Of a stretch of 64,000 nucleotides of DNA, positions 1-10,412 are shown in pieces. The DNA is from an uncultured virus (IMG/VR IMGVR_UViG_2713897279_000003) (taxonomy: Duplodnaviria > Heunggongvirae > Uroviricota > Caudoviricetes). The stretch lies in the IMG/VR virus record IMGVR_UViG_2713897279_000003, one strand, 5' to 3'. The notes below the pieces were generated by a model. The model had not been told where the DNA came from, made no database searches, and was given only the letters and a program-made list of their open reading frames with translations. Every line of letters begins with the position of its first letter. Within the stretch, counting starts at the first letter, position 1. The position numbers were made by a program, and so were the translations under genes.

Positions 1-3000
1 ATATTTATTTTGATTCGGATCAGGGATAGGTGGATTCTGCCCTCGCACTGTTGCAAATAATTTTGATTCACCATATGCAGTCATCTTAGGTTTTTCAGAT
101 GGCTTCCATTGCGCAATCCTACACATTAAGTTAACCCATATCTTCATTTCATTATCACTCAGTTGCTGTCTAAAGCGTCCATCACAATAATAAGTGCTAT
201 CCCCAGCTTCTGAATAATATACATTATCAATAAAACTTAACCATGGTCGATTTTCATGTGCAAACTTATAAATAGGTATTCCATTCAAACACTGGTTCCA
301 GTGACTTACACTTACATCAATTGTTCCTGTAAGTGGGTACGGATAGTTGAATGACGGATCAATCAATGTAATTTTATCACCACGTGTATATGGCTCATAA
401 TTAGCTTTTTTAAATCCAAACTCTTCAAGTAGTTTGATTGTATTTTTAATGTTACCAGATATCGTATCGTGACTAAATATGATTACTTTATTAGATGATG
501 CTTTAAACTTACGAACAAAATCAATCATGTCATCTGAAAAATCTGTACCTGCATTACAATCCGCAGGAGTAAAGGTAAGTACATCAAAATCCTCGACCTT
601 ATATTTATTCCAGTTTTGGTACACATCTTGTACTATCTCGATGCTTTTTGATATATCAAAGTTGCCATATCTTTTAACAGCTTCTTGGATAGATGTATGA
701 CCGAGAGGATTTGCTTCCAGAACAGATGGAGACAATTCTAAAACTCTAATCTTTTGGAACTCCTTAAAGTAAACTTCGTAATCACTTTCATCATTTCTTA
801 TAAAGTATTCTATAGATACCACAAACCGTGGTTCTAATTTTACTGACTGACAGAAGCTTAAATATTCTTTTTCGAATTTCTCTTTCATGACTTCTTCATC
901 TAACTCAAGTTCATAGAAAGCTTCTTCTCCTTCAATTAGCTTACGCTTTTTAGTGAATTGAAGATGTTTTCTAAATCCAGGGCGCTCTTTTGGTGTCACT
1001 CTTTTATAAGTCTGCAACCAAAAGTTCCAAAAATATGTGTCTGGATTTGAGTACGTAATTGGTCCCCATGCGCCCGACTTATAAGTGTCTTCTTTATCAA
1101 TAGCTTCAAGTTTTAATTTACCGTCAACATAAACCTGAAACTTATTTCCGATTACGCTAATTTTCACATCATGAGTATAAAACTTACGATTAGGAATCAG
1201 CTTATTATCTGATCCATCTGGATCCCACCATTCTGGGTCGTGTACTAATCGTATTTTACTAAAATTCAAGTGTCCTTTTCCTACTTGATCTGGATTTTTA
1301 CAAGTTAACTTATAAATAGCCATACCATTGACTCCTGCACCACCTGAGTCCCATTCAAAGGAATAGCCTGAGCATGTTTGAGGATCAAATCTAAATACAC
1401 ATCCATAAAGGTCATCATCCCATAATGTTCTGGATTCTACTTTAAATGAAAAAGCATAATCTTTTAATTCCACATGCTTTGGGTTATACCAACCAGAATA
1501 ATATCCTTGGTTAATTAAATTGATTACTTTATCATATCCTTTTTCAGGCGGTCCATGCCAGTCACCAGGTCCATCTATATGATTTCCCTTCGTATCAAAT
1601 ACTTTATCAGGATGCTGGTCCCATTGCTTCCACTCACCTGTAAAGTTTGATATATCAATTGCATTTCCGACTGGATACACGACTTCCATATCTACATCAA
1701 CGTCAAATTGAATATCTTCTGGTAAAAACATAGACATAGCACTAAAGGACTCATCTGCATGAAGTTTCTTAGGTGAACGATAACCCCAGTTAAAACATAA
1801 AGAGCCTTCATAGAATGGATCATTGTAATTTGGATTTTCTTTCTTTATTGGAATATCCTCTTGAAAGTCTAATTGAGTGTATTTTTTCTCTCCCAGATAG
1901 TTACGTTTAGTAGGGTCATGAAGTTCATCTATATGATACGACTGAAAATGAACCCAATCATATAGATTTAATACATCCTTATTAATCGTAAGAGTATGGT
2001 CTTTTATTTCATACTTTTTATTATCTAATAGAATCCCGTTCAAATAGATTTCTTTATAGCTACCCAATTCGTTAATCTGGAACACATTATGTATAGACCC
2101 TGTTGCATATTTGATATTAATCGTGCCAGGACGTATTCCGCTGCCGTGTAGTATTACAACATCATCTTCTAATGTCCATCCATTATTCTTATCTTGTGAG
2201 ATAAGGGTATTACCTACTTTTACATAAAGTATTTTAAATGCCCCACTTGCTTGAACTGGAATTTCGATTTTATCCATATATGATTTAATTTCATAGGATT
2301 GTGTCCATTCTTGATAATCACCTTGCACTTGCCACTTTTGTTCATAGGTTTGTGAAGTTAATGGGAATCTGTAATACGAACCAAATAAGCCATCTTCTTT
2401 CCCTTTCTTCTCTTCAATCCAAACCTTTATAAACTCATTATTACTTGTTACTTCAATTCGCTCTATGAATGTATTATCAGGATCATAATCTTTTGCAACA
2501 TTAGAATCATACGGATTCAGCTCTAATGGATTTTCTACAACAGTGATATCACTCATATTAGCTTGTAGGGTTTCTTTCGATTCCACCCAATTGGAGTACC
2601 AATCTGTATACCAGTTGTATGCATCAGTATGATTTGAAAAGAAATCTACCTTTGTTCCCTTTGGATTCAGCTTATATTTCACTCTAGGATTATTAGGAAA
2701 ATCTTTGTCGTATATGTCAATAAACGGACCTTTTAATGTCTCCATGTCTAAATTGTCAGGGAAAAATACAACTTCTGTAGATACATTCACCATATCAGCT
2801 TTCCCTGATCCATCTCCAAAGAACGGTCGCTTTCCATTTACTTTTCCATATCCAATATACTTACCAGAAGACCAAGGAACCCAACGTGGATTCTCCTTAC
2901 AATGAATAACGATATTATCATTCTCATTAGATGTTAATACAATTGGCATGCCAGATTTCCCCTCTTGTGCAAGAGATTCTGGTCGTTTATCTGCTGATTC

Positions 3001-5514
3001 TGTTGTTAATGTTGGATTGCTTTCATACCACATTACAACATCAGCGCTATTTGAAAATGCATCTAGTAAAAAGTGAATAACTTCAAAAGTATCAGGCATT
3101 CTGTCTTCTTTATCAATAGGATGATAAAAATGTTCAGGGCATGGTGGTATATGTGAAATCAAATCTTTATCACTTGTTATAACGCCAGAGTTTTTTATAT
3201 CTGCCGGGAAAATAGCTTTATACCATTCTGTTGTTTTTGCAATGACTTTTGTCCCTACTGGGATCCTATCGAAATCATCTCTGTTTGCCCATTTCACTTT
3301 ATCGTACTTAGGGTTTATTGTAGCTTCAATTGGTGTCATTTTATAGTAAGTCCACTTGTTTGGCTTAAAGGAAGCTAGCGGATTAAATGTTACCCATCCG
3401 TTATATGCAAATACTTTTTCTTCAAAAGTTTTCTTCAATTTTTCAATTGGGAACGTACAGCTCCACATGACTAATCTGATTCCATCGAAATCAAAATCAT
3501 CCCAACATTCATCAATAATTTCATCAGGTGGTTTAACTACTGGATCATCAATTCTACATCCACCATCTGATTCTTCAGGCTCCACATCTGGCGGAACAGG
3601 TTTAGGTTTCTTAACTGGCTTAACTAATTCATATTTTTCTTTTTTGTTAATGTAGTCCTCTCGATTAAAGAACTCATTGTAGTCATCCCTAAATACTTTT
3701 TTAATATCGTCAAACACAACTAGAGCTGTATTGAAATCTCTATGATCAGGGGTGACTTCTACTATTCCACATCGTACGTAGCATTTTGCGTATTTTTTAC
3801 CTGCATCAGGTGGATTATTATTTCGGGCTATAATTTGTCCAGTTTTCCCTGTAATGATTAGCGTCCCTGTTTTAGGGTCTACTACCTGTCCACTTATATC
3901 ATCCATAATAAATCCTGGTAGGTTCATCTTTTCGCTAACATAATCCTGTGCATTATTTGCAAGGATTTGATCACCTATCCCATTGAACTCAAAGTATTCA
4001 CTGTAGTTCTGAGGAAATCTACCACTATAGTCTTTCCATGTAGTGTAGTCTTTAGCGTGTACTGTGATTGGCCCATTCCTGCCTGCAACATCTATTGTTC
4101 CATTTTCAGCAACTCGTGTGTATCCATTTATATAAAAGATATCTACATCGCCATACCTTACATTGGCTGCGTCACACTTTCGCCTGAATCCAGCATCATT
4201 ATCTACATACCATGCTGCTACATCTGCTATCCTTTTATTTGGTTCATCAGTTGTATTCCATCCAGATTCAGGGATACGCCCCTCAATAATCTTGTATTCT
4301 GTAACTTTAACACCATGGAATTCAACAGCTTGTGATACGTTAAACATGCCAAAACTACCATGTCCCCACTCAGTGTTAAAATCATAGCATTTTATATAAG
4401 AGGCTCCTGGGTGTTGTCTAACAAAAATTTGCACATTGCTACCATTGGTTTTTATTTTAATGCCATGCATATTAAACATAGTCCAACCAAATCCATTACT
4501 TAGATCATCAACATAAACACGTTGCATGATACCATTTGTCACTTTGTAAATACGTTTATGTCGTGTACCCCAGCCTACATTGTTGCAATAATTACTCCAT
4601 GACCTTCCATCTCTAGAAACAGACCTTCTTACATATTCATCCCTATCATTAAAAACATCAATGCCATCTAAATTATCGGCTGCCCTTGAAGATTTATCAA
4701 TTCTCTCTTCTGCTTCCCAAAGCATCATATAAAAATTACTTGGATCTTTTGCTTGAAAAATCAATCCAACAACATCATCATCCCACTTAGGAGCGTCATA
4801 AAATCCACCAGTAGTAGGATTGTATCTTCTAGTGTCTTTATAGTTTTTCGCTCCATCATTTTCAATAGTCCTAAAATCAAATTCTGTCTCATAGGCATTC
4901 CAAGACATCATATTTCTTGCAATTACACCAGAAAAGAAGTCACGGTTTAATCCATCTAGTACATAACTCCCATCACGAGATAAATGCCATGTTGTTTTAT
5001 TGTCATTGTATCCAATATAAATACCTTTATCAGATGTAAATAAGTCTTTTACATCTCCATAGTCTTCGAGTTTGTACATGCCTTTCCAATCAACAGCATA
5101 TTCAGCTGTTCGCTTATCTCGAATACCTGTATGACCTTTCCAGTTAAAGGAGTACTGCATGTTTAATCGCCAAACTTCGGCTTCAAAACAAGCTTTCGCT
5201 TCCCATAGTCTTTTTACCGGTAACTCTTTTGTTTCTTCGATTTCGTAAGCAAGAGTCTTTTCAGGATGTGCGTTTACTTCAAACTGATAAGGTTTTTCGT
5301 TATATTTCTCTAACAATCTCCCGTCATAGCTAATTCCATATTCAAAAGGAATTTCTGGGTAAATCATTGTCTCGTGTTTTTTCTTCCCACGTAAACGAGC
5401 AGCGTATTGAAAATCCTCTACAACATCTTCTTTCTGAGGGCTTTTTGTAAATAGATCATCATTATCTCCAATACCTGAATGTATGGCATTTCTTTTATAT
5501 TTTGCTTTTGACAC
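1..5514 (-). CDS. Giant (>1838 aa, 3'-truncated by window edge) virion/baseplate-associated multidomain protein with two DDD-motif lectin-like domains, a Pro-rich linker and a DUF5057-like region
   Basis: Absent from the ORF track because it has no stop in the window. GTG at 5514 follows AGGGGG and begins MSKAKYKRNAIHSGIGDNDDL. The same frame was open in every segment I translated, down to base 1 (...NPPIPDPNQNKY). Motifs WDDDVVGLIFQAKDPSNFYMMLWE and WDDDLYGCVFRFD. Confidence 0.85.
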   Translation of the reverse strand, partial: MSKAKYKRNAIHSGIGDNDDLFTKSPQKEDVVEDFQYAARLRGKKKHETMIYPEIPFEYGISYDGRLLEKYNEKPYQFEVNAHPEKTLAYEIEETKELPVKRLWEAKACFEAEVWRLNMQYSFNWKGHTGIRDKRTAEYAVDWKGMYKLEDYGDVKDLFTSDKGIYIGYNDNKTTWHLSRDGSYVLDGLNRDFFSGVIARNMMSWNAYETEFDFRTIENDGAKNYKDTRRYNPTTGGFYDAPKWDDDVVGLIFQAKDPSNFYMMLWEAEERIDKSSRAADNLDGIDVFNDRDEYVRRSVSRDGRSWSNYCNNVGWGTRHKRIYKVTNGIMQRVYVDDLSNGFGWTMFNMHGIKIKTNGSNVQIFVRQHPGASYIKCYDFNTEWGHGSFGMFNVSQAVEFHGVKVTEYKIIEGRIPESGWNTTDEPNKRIADVAAWYVDNDAGFRRKCDAANVRYGDVDIFYINGYTRVAENGTIDVAGRNGPITVHAKDYTTWKDYSGRFPQNYSEYFEFNGIGDQILANNAQDYVSEKMNLPGFIMDDISGQVVDPKTGTLIITGKTGQIIARNNNPPDAGKKYAKCYVRCGIVEVTPDHRDFNTALVVFDDIKKVFRDDYNEFFNREDYINKKEKYELVKPVKKPKPVPPDVEPEESDGGCRIDDPVVKPPDEIIDECWDDFDFDGIRLVMWSCTFPIEKLKKTFEEKVFAYNGWVTFNPLASFKPNKWTYYKMTPIEATINPKYDKVKWANRDDFDRIPVGTKVIAKTTEWYKAIFPADIKNSGVITSDKDLISHIPPCPEHFYHPIDKEDRMPDTFEVIHFLLDAFSNSADVVMWYESNPTLTTESADKRPESLAQEGKSGMPIVLTSNENDNIVIHCKENPRWVPWSSGKYIGYGKVNGKRPFFGDGSGKADMVNVSTEVVFFPDNLDMETLKGPFIDIYDKDFPNNPRVKYKLNPKGTKVDFFSNHTDAYNWYTDWYSNWVESKETLQANMSDITVVENPLELNPYDSNVAKDYDPDNTFIERIEVTSNNEFIKVWIEEKKGKEDGLFGSYYRFPLTSQTYEQKWQVQGDYQEWTQSYEIKSYMDKIEIPVQASGAFKILYVKVGNTLISQDKNNGWTLEDDVVILHGSGIRPGTINIKYATGSIHNVFQINELGSYKEIYLNGILLDNKKYEIKDHTLTINKDVLNLYDWVHFQSYHIDELHDPTKRNYLGEKKYTQLDFQEDIPIKKENPNYNDPFYEGSLCFNWGYRSPKKLHADESFSAMSMFLPEDIQFDVDVDMEVVYPVGNAIDISNFTGEWKQWDQHPDKVFDTKGNHIDGPGDWHGPPEKGYDKVINLINQGYYSGWYNPKHVELKDYAFSFKVESRTLWDDDLYGCVFRFDPQTCSGYSFEWDSGGAGVNGMAIYKLTCKNPDQVGKGHLNFSKIRLVHDPEWWDPDGSDNKLIPNRKFYTHDVKISVIGNKFQVYVDGKLKLEAIDKEDTYKSGAWGPITYSNPDTYFWNFWLQTYKRVTPKERPGFRKHLQFTKKRKLIEGEEAFYELELDEEVMKEKFEKEYLSFCQSVKLEPRFVVSIEYFIRNDESDYEVYFKEFQKIRVLELSPSVLEANPLGHTSIQEAVKRYGNFDISKSIEIVQDVYQNWNKYKVEDFDVLTFTPADCNAGTDFSDDMIDFVRKFKASSNKVIIFSHDTISGNIKNTIKLLEEFGFKKANYEPYTRGDKITLIDPSFNYPYPLTGTIDVSVSHWNQCLNGIPIYKFAHENRPWLSFIDNVYYSEAGDSTYYCDGRFRQQLSDNEMKIWVNLMCRIAQWKPSEKPKMTAYGESKLFATVRGQNPPIPDPNQNKY

Positions 5515-5527
5515 TCCTAAACCCCCT

Positions 5528-6985
5528 TTATATATTAGAGTCCAATTGATAATCTTTCCATATGTCGATATTAGAATCCCACATATTTGGTACATACCCC
5601 AATCCTGTGAGTTTTTTATCAATGGTATCCCAGTACCCTTCATCCCATTTGAAATGATTCCACATTACTGGAGCTACCGTATTAATATACTCTACCCAAT
5701 TCAGCAACGTAGGGGTTGCCTGTCCATCTGATTGAAATAGAATTTTATGAACATCTTCTTTATTTTTATCGTATAATTGGTATTTTTTAATCCCATAGAT
5801 GAAACTAATTTCATGTGACCTACCGGTTTTTATGGCATATATTCTTACGTTTAAATGCTCATCTACATAAAATTGTTTATCTGTTAATGGTTGATTATCT
5901 ACACGTAATGTACGAGTATCTATATACTTTCCTGATTTATTCTTCAAAAAGAAATCTTTAGAATCATCTTTCCAAATTAATTTTTTGTTAGAACGATCTT
6001 TTCTTTGAATGAAATTCAATTCTCTTGCAATTCCATTTGTTAACCCTATATCATGTGAACCTGCTGGATACCTAAATACATCTAAAATTCTTTCCTTAAA
6101 GTCTGCGTTTCTTTCTAGATGCATCCTTTGAACACCTAATAGCAGGCCAAATTCATCAAATACATTCCAAATATGATAATCAATAGGTGTAATAACAACC
6201 TCCACATCACCTTGTTCATGTTTTGTTTTAATAATTATTTCACCATATTTTTGTACTGTATATAGTTTCATCTCACTATAATCAATAATTGCACCTTGAT
6301 TTTTATCATTATAAAAGAATTCTTTTAATGTTTCTAAAATAGGCACTTCAATAAGATTATTCTTTTTAAACAACCTCACGTTATCACTAGGCTTGATCTG
6401 AGGAATCTTATATAACTGAATCCAGTCTAAAGTATGAATATCAGCGGTATGAATATATTTTTGTTCTTGAATCCAGTCTAAATAATCTTGAACTTCTTCT
6501 AACTCAATACCAAAGAAATTTAAGAACTGTTGACCGGTACTTTCATTATCTTGCCTAACTTTACTCCATAACGGGTATTCATCTGCAAGTCTTTGAGTAA
6601 AGCTTGAATACCAATAATGATTCACAAAAATACAATAAACCCCTATTGATTGTACAGAAAGATTAATAGTCTTTTCTTTTTGATCAATAGTGTGTTTAAC
6701 TACATCCCATTCTTTTCTCTTTTCATCGTATCTACAAGCTTTGCAATGCTTTGCCTGTGCTTTTGTAAGTCGATTCGCAAATTTTATTTTCATAGTAATG
6801 GATTGAATGGGAACTTCTGAATCTAAATAAAACTGTAAATATGTTGGTTGAAAATCATTATATGTATCCTTATTTATAGTTAAATTACTATAGTTCAGGG
6901 TCTTGTTATATTTCTGAGTCCAACTTATTGGTTCTGTGCTCTCAATCCATATGTCTTCGTGTTGAATTATATAAATAAAAAACAC
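5528..6985 (-). CDS. Baseplate wedge-like protein (gpI/XkdT-like segment)
   Basis: Motif FDEFGLLLGVQRMHLERNADFKERILDVF resembles wedge proteins. The track start at 7321 overlaps the upstream gene and a terminator, so the real start is near GTG 6985 (AGGAGG adjacent; exact codon uncertain). Confidence 0.65.
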   Translation of the reverse strand: MFFIYIIQHEDIWIESTEPISWTQKYNKTLNYSNLTINKDTYNDFQPTYLQFYLDSEVPIQSITMKIKFANRLTKAQAKHCKACRYDEKRKEWDVVKHTIDQKEKTINLSVQSIGVYCIFVNHYWYSSFTQRLADEYPLWSKVRQDNESTGQQFLNFFGIELEEVQDYLDWIQEQKYIHTADIHTLDWIQLYKIPQIKPSDNVRLFKKNNLIEVPILETLKEFFYNDKNQGAIIDYSEMKLYTVQKYGEIIIKTKHEQGDVEVVITPIDYHIWNVFDEFGLLLGVQRMHLERNADFKERILDVFRYPAGSHDIGLTNGIARELNFIQRKDRSNKKLIWKDDSKDFFLKNKSGKYIDTRTLRVDNQPLTDKQFYVDEHLNVRIYAIKTGRSHEISFIYGIKKYQLYDKNKEDVHKILFQSDGQATPTLLNWVEYINTVAPVMWNHFKWDEGYWDTIDKKLTGLGYVPNMWDSNIDIWKDYQLDSNI

Positions 6986-7038
6986 CCTCCTGTCCTTGAA
7001 AGGCATTACAAACCTTAAATGTAAGAACAGTATAACAT

Positions 7039-7073
7039 AAAAAAGGACATACCACATAGGTATGCCTTCTTTT
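7039..7073 (-). terminator. Probable Rho-independent terminator
   Basis: Minus strand AAGGCATACC-TATGT-GGTATGTCCTT followed by a T run, directly after the stop of the Fn3 gene. Confidence 0.6.
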
Positions 7074-7076
7074 ATT

Positions 7077-7700
7077 TTACAGTGTATTATCATAAGATGT
7101 GATAACGTAGTAATACTTCGTATTATTTTCAACAGTTGTATCTTCAAACGTTGCCTCAGTAGCTCCTGTTGCACCAATTTTAGAATATTCCACGCCATCT
7201 TTTGTAGAGCGATAAATGTTATAACCAGCAAGATTTTCATTAAGCTCTGCATCAGATTCATTTTTAACTGATTGCCAGTCAATTCGAATCTTACCATCAA
7301 ATGCTGTAGCAGTGACGCCAACTGGAATAGAAGGAATTGTTTTTACTTCTAATTCAGCTGATTTTTCACCTTCTTGTGGTAATGCTTCATCATCAAATGC
7401 AGCAACAGCATAAATATAACTTGCACCATCTTTCATACCACTATCAGTGTATGTAGTTGCTGATGCACCAACTGATCCAACTAATGCAAACGTAGCTCCT
7501 GCTGTTTTCTTTCTAAAAATACGATAACCTTGTAAGTCATCAAGAACAGATCCATCAGCGTTCACTTTTAATGCGTCCCAAGATAGGATTACTTTTCCTT
7601 GCTCTATCGTATAATTTAATCCAACCACTTTACCTGGTGCAATTGTATCACCAGCTGTAGCAAATACTTGTACGGAATATCGAGATTCTAAAGTACTCAT
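7077..7700 (-). CDS. Tandem fibronectin type III domain protein
   Basis: Two Fn3-like repeats (VILSWD...GYRIFR...YIYAVAAFD; IRIDWQ...GYNIYR...YYYVITSYD). ATG 7700 fits the AAGGGG RBS better than GTG 7709. Confidence 0.85.
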   Translation of the reverse strand: MSTLESRYSVQVFATAGDTIAPGKVVGLNYTIEQGKVILSWDALKVNADGSVLDDLQGYRIFRKKTAGATFALVGSVGASATTYTDSGMKDGASYIYAVAAFDDEALPQEGEKSAELEVKTIPSIPVGVTATAFDGKIRIDWQSVKNESDAELNENLAGYNIYRSTKDGVEYSKIGATGATEATFEDTTVENNTKYYYVITSYDNTL

Positions 7701-7732
7701 TACTTCCACCCCTTAATTATATTTTATATATG

Positions 7733-8230
7733 TTAGGCTACTTGTTTGCAGCTAAACAACTTTGTTAGATACGGCGAGGTCGCCAATTGTTCAGGCGTTA
7801 CATCTCCATCAGCACAATTCGGAACAAGATCAATACCAATATCGTTATAAATATTATCGACAATTTCAGAGCAAACAACTTTATTTACTTCTTCAAAAAT
7901 TGCTGAAATACGAAATATCTTTTGCAATGCAAATGAAATAATATGTATCCAATCATAACCTTTATTGAGCTTTGCTCTTCGAATTGCTTGTTTAATAATT
8001 TTTGTTCTTTGCTCGCTAGTAAGTCCCTTTGTATAACGATAAATATCATATACCTCATGCTTCAGCGGACGTATAGCTAAATCTTTATTAATATCAATTT
8101 CTAGTATTAAACCATCTGCTACTATTATCCCAGCATGTGTATAATCTGATCCTGTAATCCAATTTATTAATCTAGAAATAATAGGTGTATTGCCTTTCAC
8201 TAAAACAATATCTCCTGTTTGTAACTTCAC
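7733..8230 (-). CDS. Permuted papain-like amidase (YiiX/YaeF, NlpC/P60 superfamily)
   Basis: GDIVLV, YTHAGI (His), YDW, VCSEIV (Cys) and VTPEQL in the permuted His-before-Cys order. RBS GGGAGG. Confidence 0.85.
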   Translation of the reverse strand: MKLQTGDIVLVKGNTPIISRLINWITGSDYTHAGIIVADGLILEIDINKDLAIRPLKHEVYDIYRYTKGLTSEQRTKIIKQAIRRAKLNKGYDWIHIISFALQKIFRISAIFEEVNKVVCSEIVDNIYNDIGIDLVPNCADGDVTPEQLATSPYLTKLFSCKQVA

Positions 8231-8260
8231 AGAATAACCTCCCTTCTGCGATTGTAATAA

Positions 8261-8289
8261 ATTATATACTGATTAAACTCTAGATACAA
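8261..8289 (-). promoter_or_regulatory. Candidate sigma-A-type internal promoter
   Basis: TTGTAT-17 bp-TATAAT in the intergenic gap upstream of the amidase gene. Confidence 0.45.
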
Positions 8290-8308
8290 AACTCATAGCA
8301 AGCCATTG

Positions 8309-8755
8309 TTAAGCTGTTCCCATGATATTTTGCTTTCTATCTATATGTTCTTTTCTGTTTTCTAATATTTCTTTCGCTTTTGCTTCTGCATACCCCATAT
8401 AATCAAATAACCAGTCAGACTTAGCTAAAGATGCGTCTGTAATTTGATGCATTTTTGCAATCTGCTCTAGATTCTCTTCAATTTCTTTCTCATCTACTGA
8501 AAGACTCAAGCCATTTACTTTCTTATTCATTATTCTCATAAAACCAAACAACACAAACTCTAGTGTAGATGATCCAATGTTAGGATTTATTTTCTCTGAA
8601 GCCATATTGAATAAAATCTGATTTACCTTCAATTGTTCTTCTTCAGATAGATTTTTAAAGCTTTCTGCGTTAATCTCTCCTGATAGAATCTTAGATTCTA
8701 GTGTTTCCTCTTTTCTTACATCATCTGATACAAATGAAATACGTTCTCTAGCCAT
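8309..8755 (-). CDS. Hypothetical helical protein, last gene of block B (possible fibre assembly chaperone)
   Basis: 148-aa ORF with AAGGAG RBS. The chaperone role is inferred from position only. Confidence 0.75.
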   Translation of the reverse strand: MARERISFVSDDVRKEETLESKILSGEINAESFKNLSEEEQLKVNQILFNMASEKINPNIGSSTLEFVLFGFMRIMNKKVNGLSLSVDEKEIEENLEQIAKMHQITDASLAKSDWLFDYMGYAEAKAKEILENRKEHIDRKQNIMGTA

Positions 8756-8774
8756 ATTTAATCTCTCCTTTATT

Positions 8775-10397
8775 TTATGCCCATGTTAGAGCGTAGTTTG
8801 ACAACTTATATCCTGGTGGGATAATTGCTTTTACTTTTAACTGTGTTCCTGCTGGTACTGCTCCATTTTCAAAGTAGAATAACTTCTCTGTTTCAATTGG
8901 AATCCATGTTTCGCCATTGTCACTAGATATAAAGTAAGAAGGCTTTTCTGTAGATTCACTGACACTAAGATTACTTTCATATATCTCTACTTCAGTAATC
9001 GCCTGATCTACTTTATTATTCGTTCGAATAAACTCGATTTTTCTTGCAGACTTATTAACAGGAACGCTCCAAACAGTAAATTTACTTGAAGTCCTTGCTA
9101 CTTCAACACCATCTGCAAGAATTTTACCGCCATACATAGGCCAGTCAGTAGGAGTATAAATAACCATATCACCTATGTCACGACTTTTGTTAAATGTAAA
9201 TATCAGCCCATCATCCGGTCCATCTCCATCATCCCAGATATAGTCTGTTTTATTTCCATCTCCAAGTTGACTTATATTTCGATTTGAACGAATGTAACTT
9301 TTACCAGTAGGTTGGATGTCAGATTCCAATACGATATTTTTACTATCTACTCTTACATAGCTCACATTATAAGCTATACCATTTTTTCCGTTAGGGCTCT
9401 TATCAATAATTGTTTCTCCTTCATTTTCATGGAAATCATAGTAAGCCATGAGTCCTTCTTCATTGCCAGTCAATTCTACTCCAGCTGTATCTACAACTTT
9501 ACTCCATAAACGAATGTCAGATAATATTCCGTCTACATAATCGGATTTACTGTCACCATCTACTTCCTGACCAATTGACCACTCTCTAGCAGAACTTGGT
9601 ATAGTTGACCCTGACTGCCCACTTATTATAAGCTTACCATCTACATAGATTCGTAGCTCACTTTTATTTTCTTTGAGCTCAATTACATATCGAAGCTTAT
9701 ACTCTTTTCCAGTTTGCAATGATATTCCATCAATTGTTGTGTTTACTAATCGAAGGTGAACTCTGTCTCCATAATATCCGCATATGATTTTATCTTCATT
9801 GAATGCGACAAAGGCTTGGTTGCCCTTTGAATTCAATGTGACAGTTAATTCACATGTAAATGTTTTTGAAGCGGGTCCAGTTATCCATCCAGGAAAATCA
9901 ATTCGAGAACTCTTTCCATTAAACTTTAATCCATATCTCCGCTTGCTAGGTGCAGGTACCTTTCGATATTCTTCTGAAAGAAGAATTACCTTCTCTGGAG
10001 AACTCTGCAATGGTTCAGCCACTGTTTCAACGGTGCAAGCTAGTGCTGAGTTGGATTCAATGAATCCAAACTGTGTATTATGTGAATATCCTGAGCTCTT
10101 ATCTGCATCAATGCCACTTGTATCAAGGAAATCATCAAAAATCATATTCTGCATTTTATATTTTGTTGTTTTTGCAATACTGTTTAATTTAGCATGTGCC
10201 TTCATAATGTTCACTGCATCATGAACAATAAGCTTATTTGCTCGTAATGATAACCCTTCTAAATACTTTTCTAAGCTATCAATACGTTCTTTTACGTTCA
10301 TGAATTTACCTTCTACACCGTCAGATAATGTTTGATTACGTAAGCTAGATTCTGCATCCTTGGCTTTATTCGCAATACCATAACTAATAGTATCCAT
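8775..10397 (-). CDS. Appendage scaffold protein with inserted LamG/concanavalin-like and galactose-binding-like domains
   Basis: LamG signatures (GLKFNGKSSRIDF, IYVDGKL, GILSDIRLWS, LMAYYDFHE, DKSPNGKNG). N- and C-termini are shared with 23384..24463. Confidence 0.85.
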   Translation of the reverse strand: MDTISYGIANKAKDAESSLRNQTLSDGVEGKFMNVKERIDSLEKYLEGLSLRANKLIVHDAVNIMKAHAKLNSIAKTTKYKMQNMIFDDFLDTSGIDADKSSGYSHNTQFGFIESNSALACTVETVAEPLQSSPEKVILLSEEYRKVPAPSKRRYGLKFNGKSSRIDFPGWITGPASKTFTCELTVTLNSKGNQAFVAFNEDKIICGYYGDRVHLRLVNTTIDGISLQTGKEYKLRYVIELKENKSELRIYVDGKLIISGQSGSTIPSSAREWSIGQEVDGDSKSDYVDGILSDIRLWSKVVDTAGVELTGNEEGLMAYYDFHENEGETIIDKSPNGKNGIAYNVSYVRVDSKNIVLESDIQPTGKSYIRSNRNISQLGDGNKTDYIWDDGDGPDDGLIFTFNKSRDIGDMVIYTPTDWPMYGGKILADGVEVARTSSKFTVWSVPVNKSARKIEFIRTNNKVDQAITEVEIYESNLSVSESTEKPSYFISSDNGETWIPIETEKLFYFENGAVPAGTQLKVKAIIPPGYKLSNYALTWA

Positions 10398-10412
10398 TTC
10401 GCACCATCCTTT

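Noticed and set aside
6986..7321. N-terminal 112 aa of track ORF 5528..7321
   Set aside because: It overlaps the Fn3 gene in another frame and crosses a terminator, and an AGGAGG lies at ~6986-6991.
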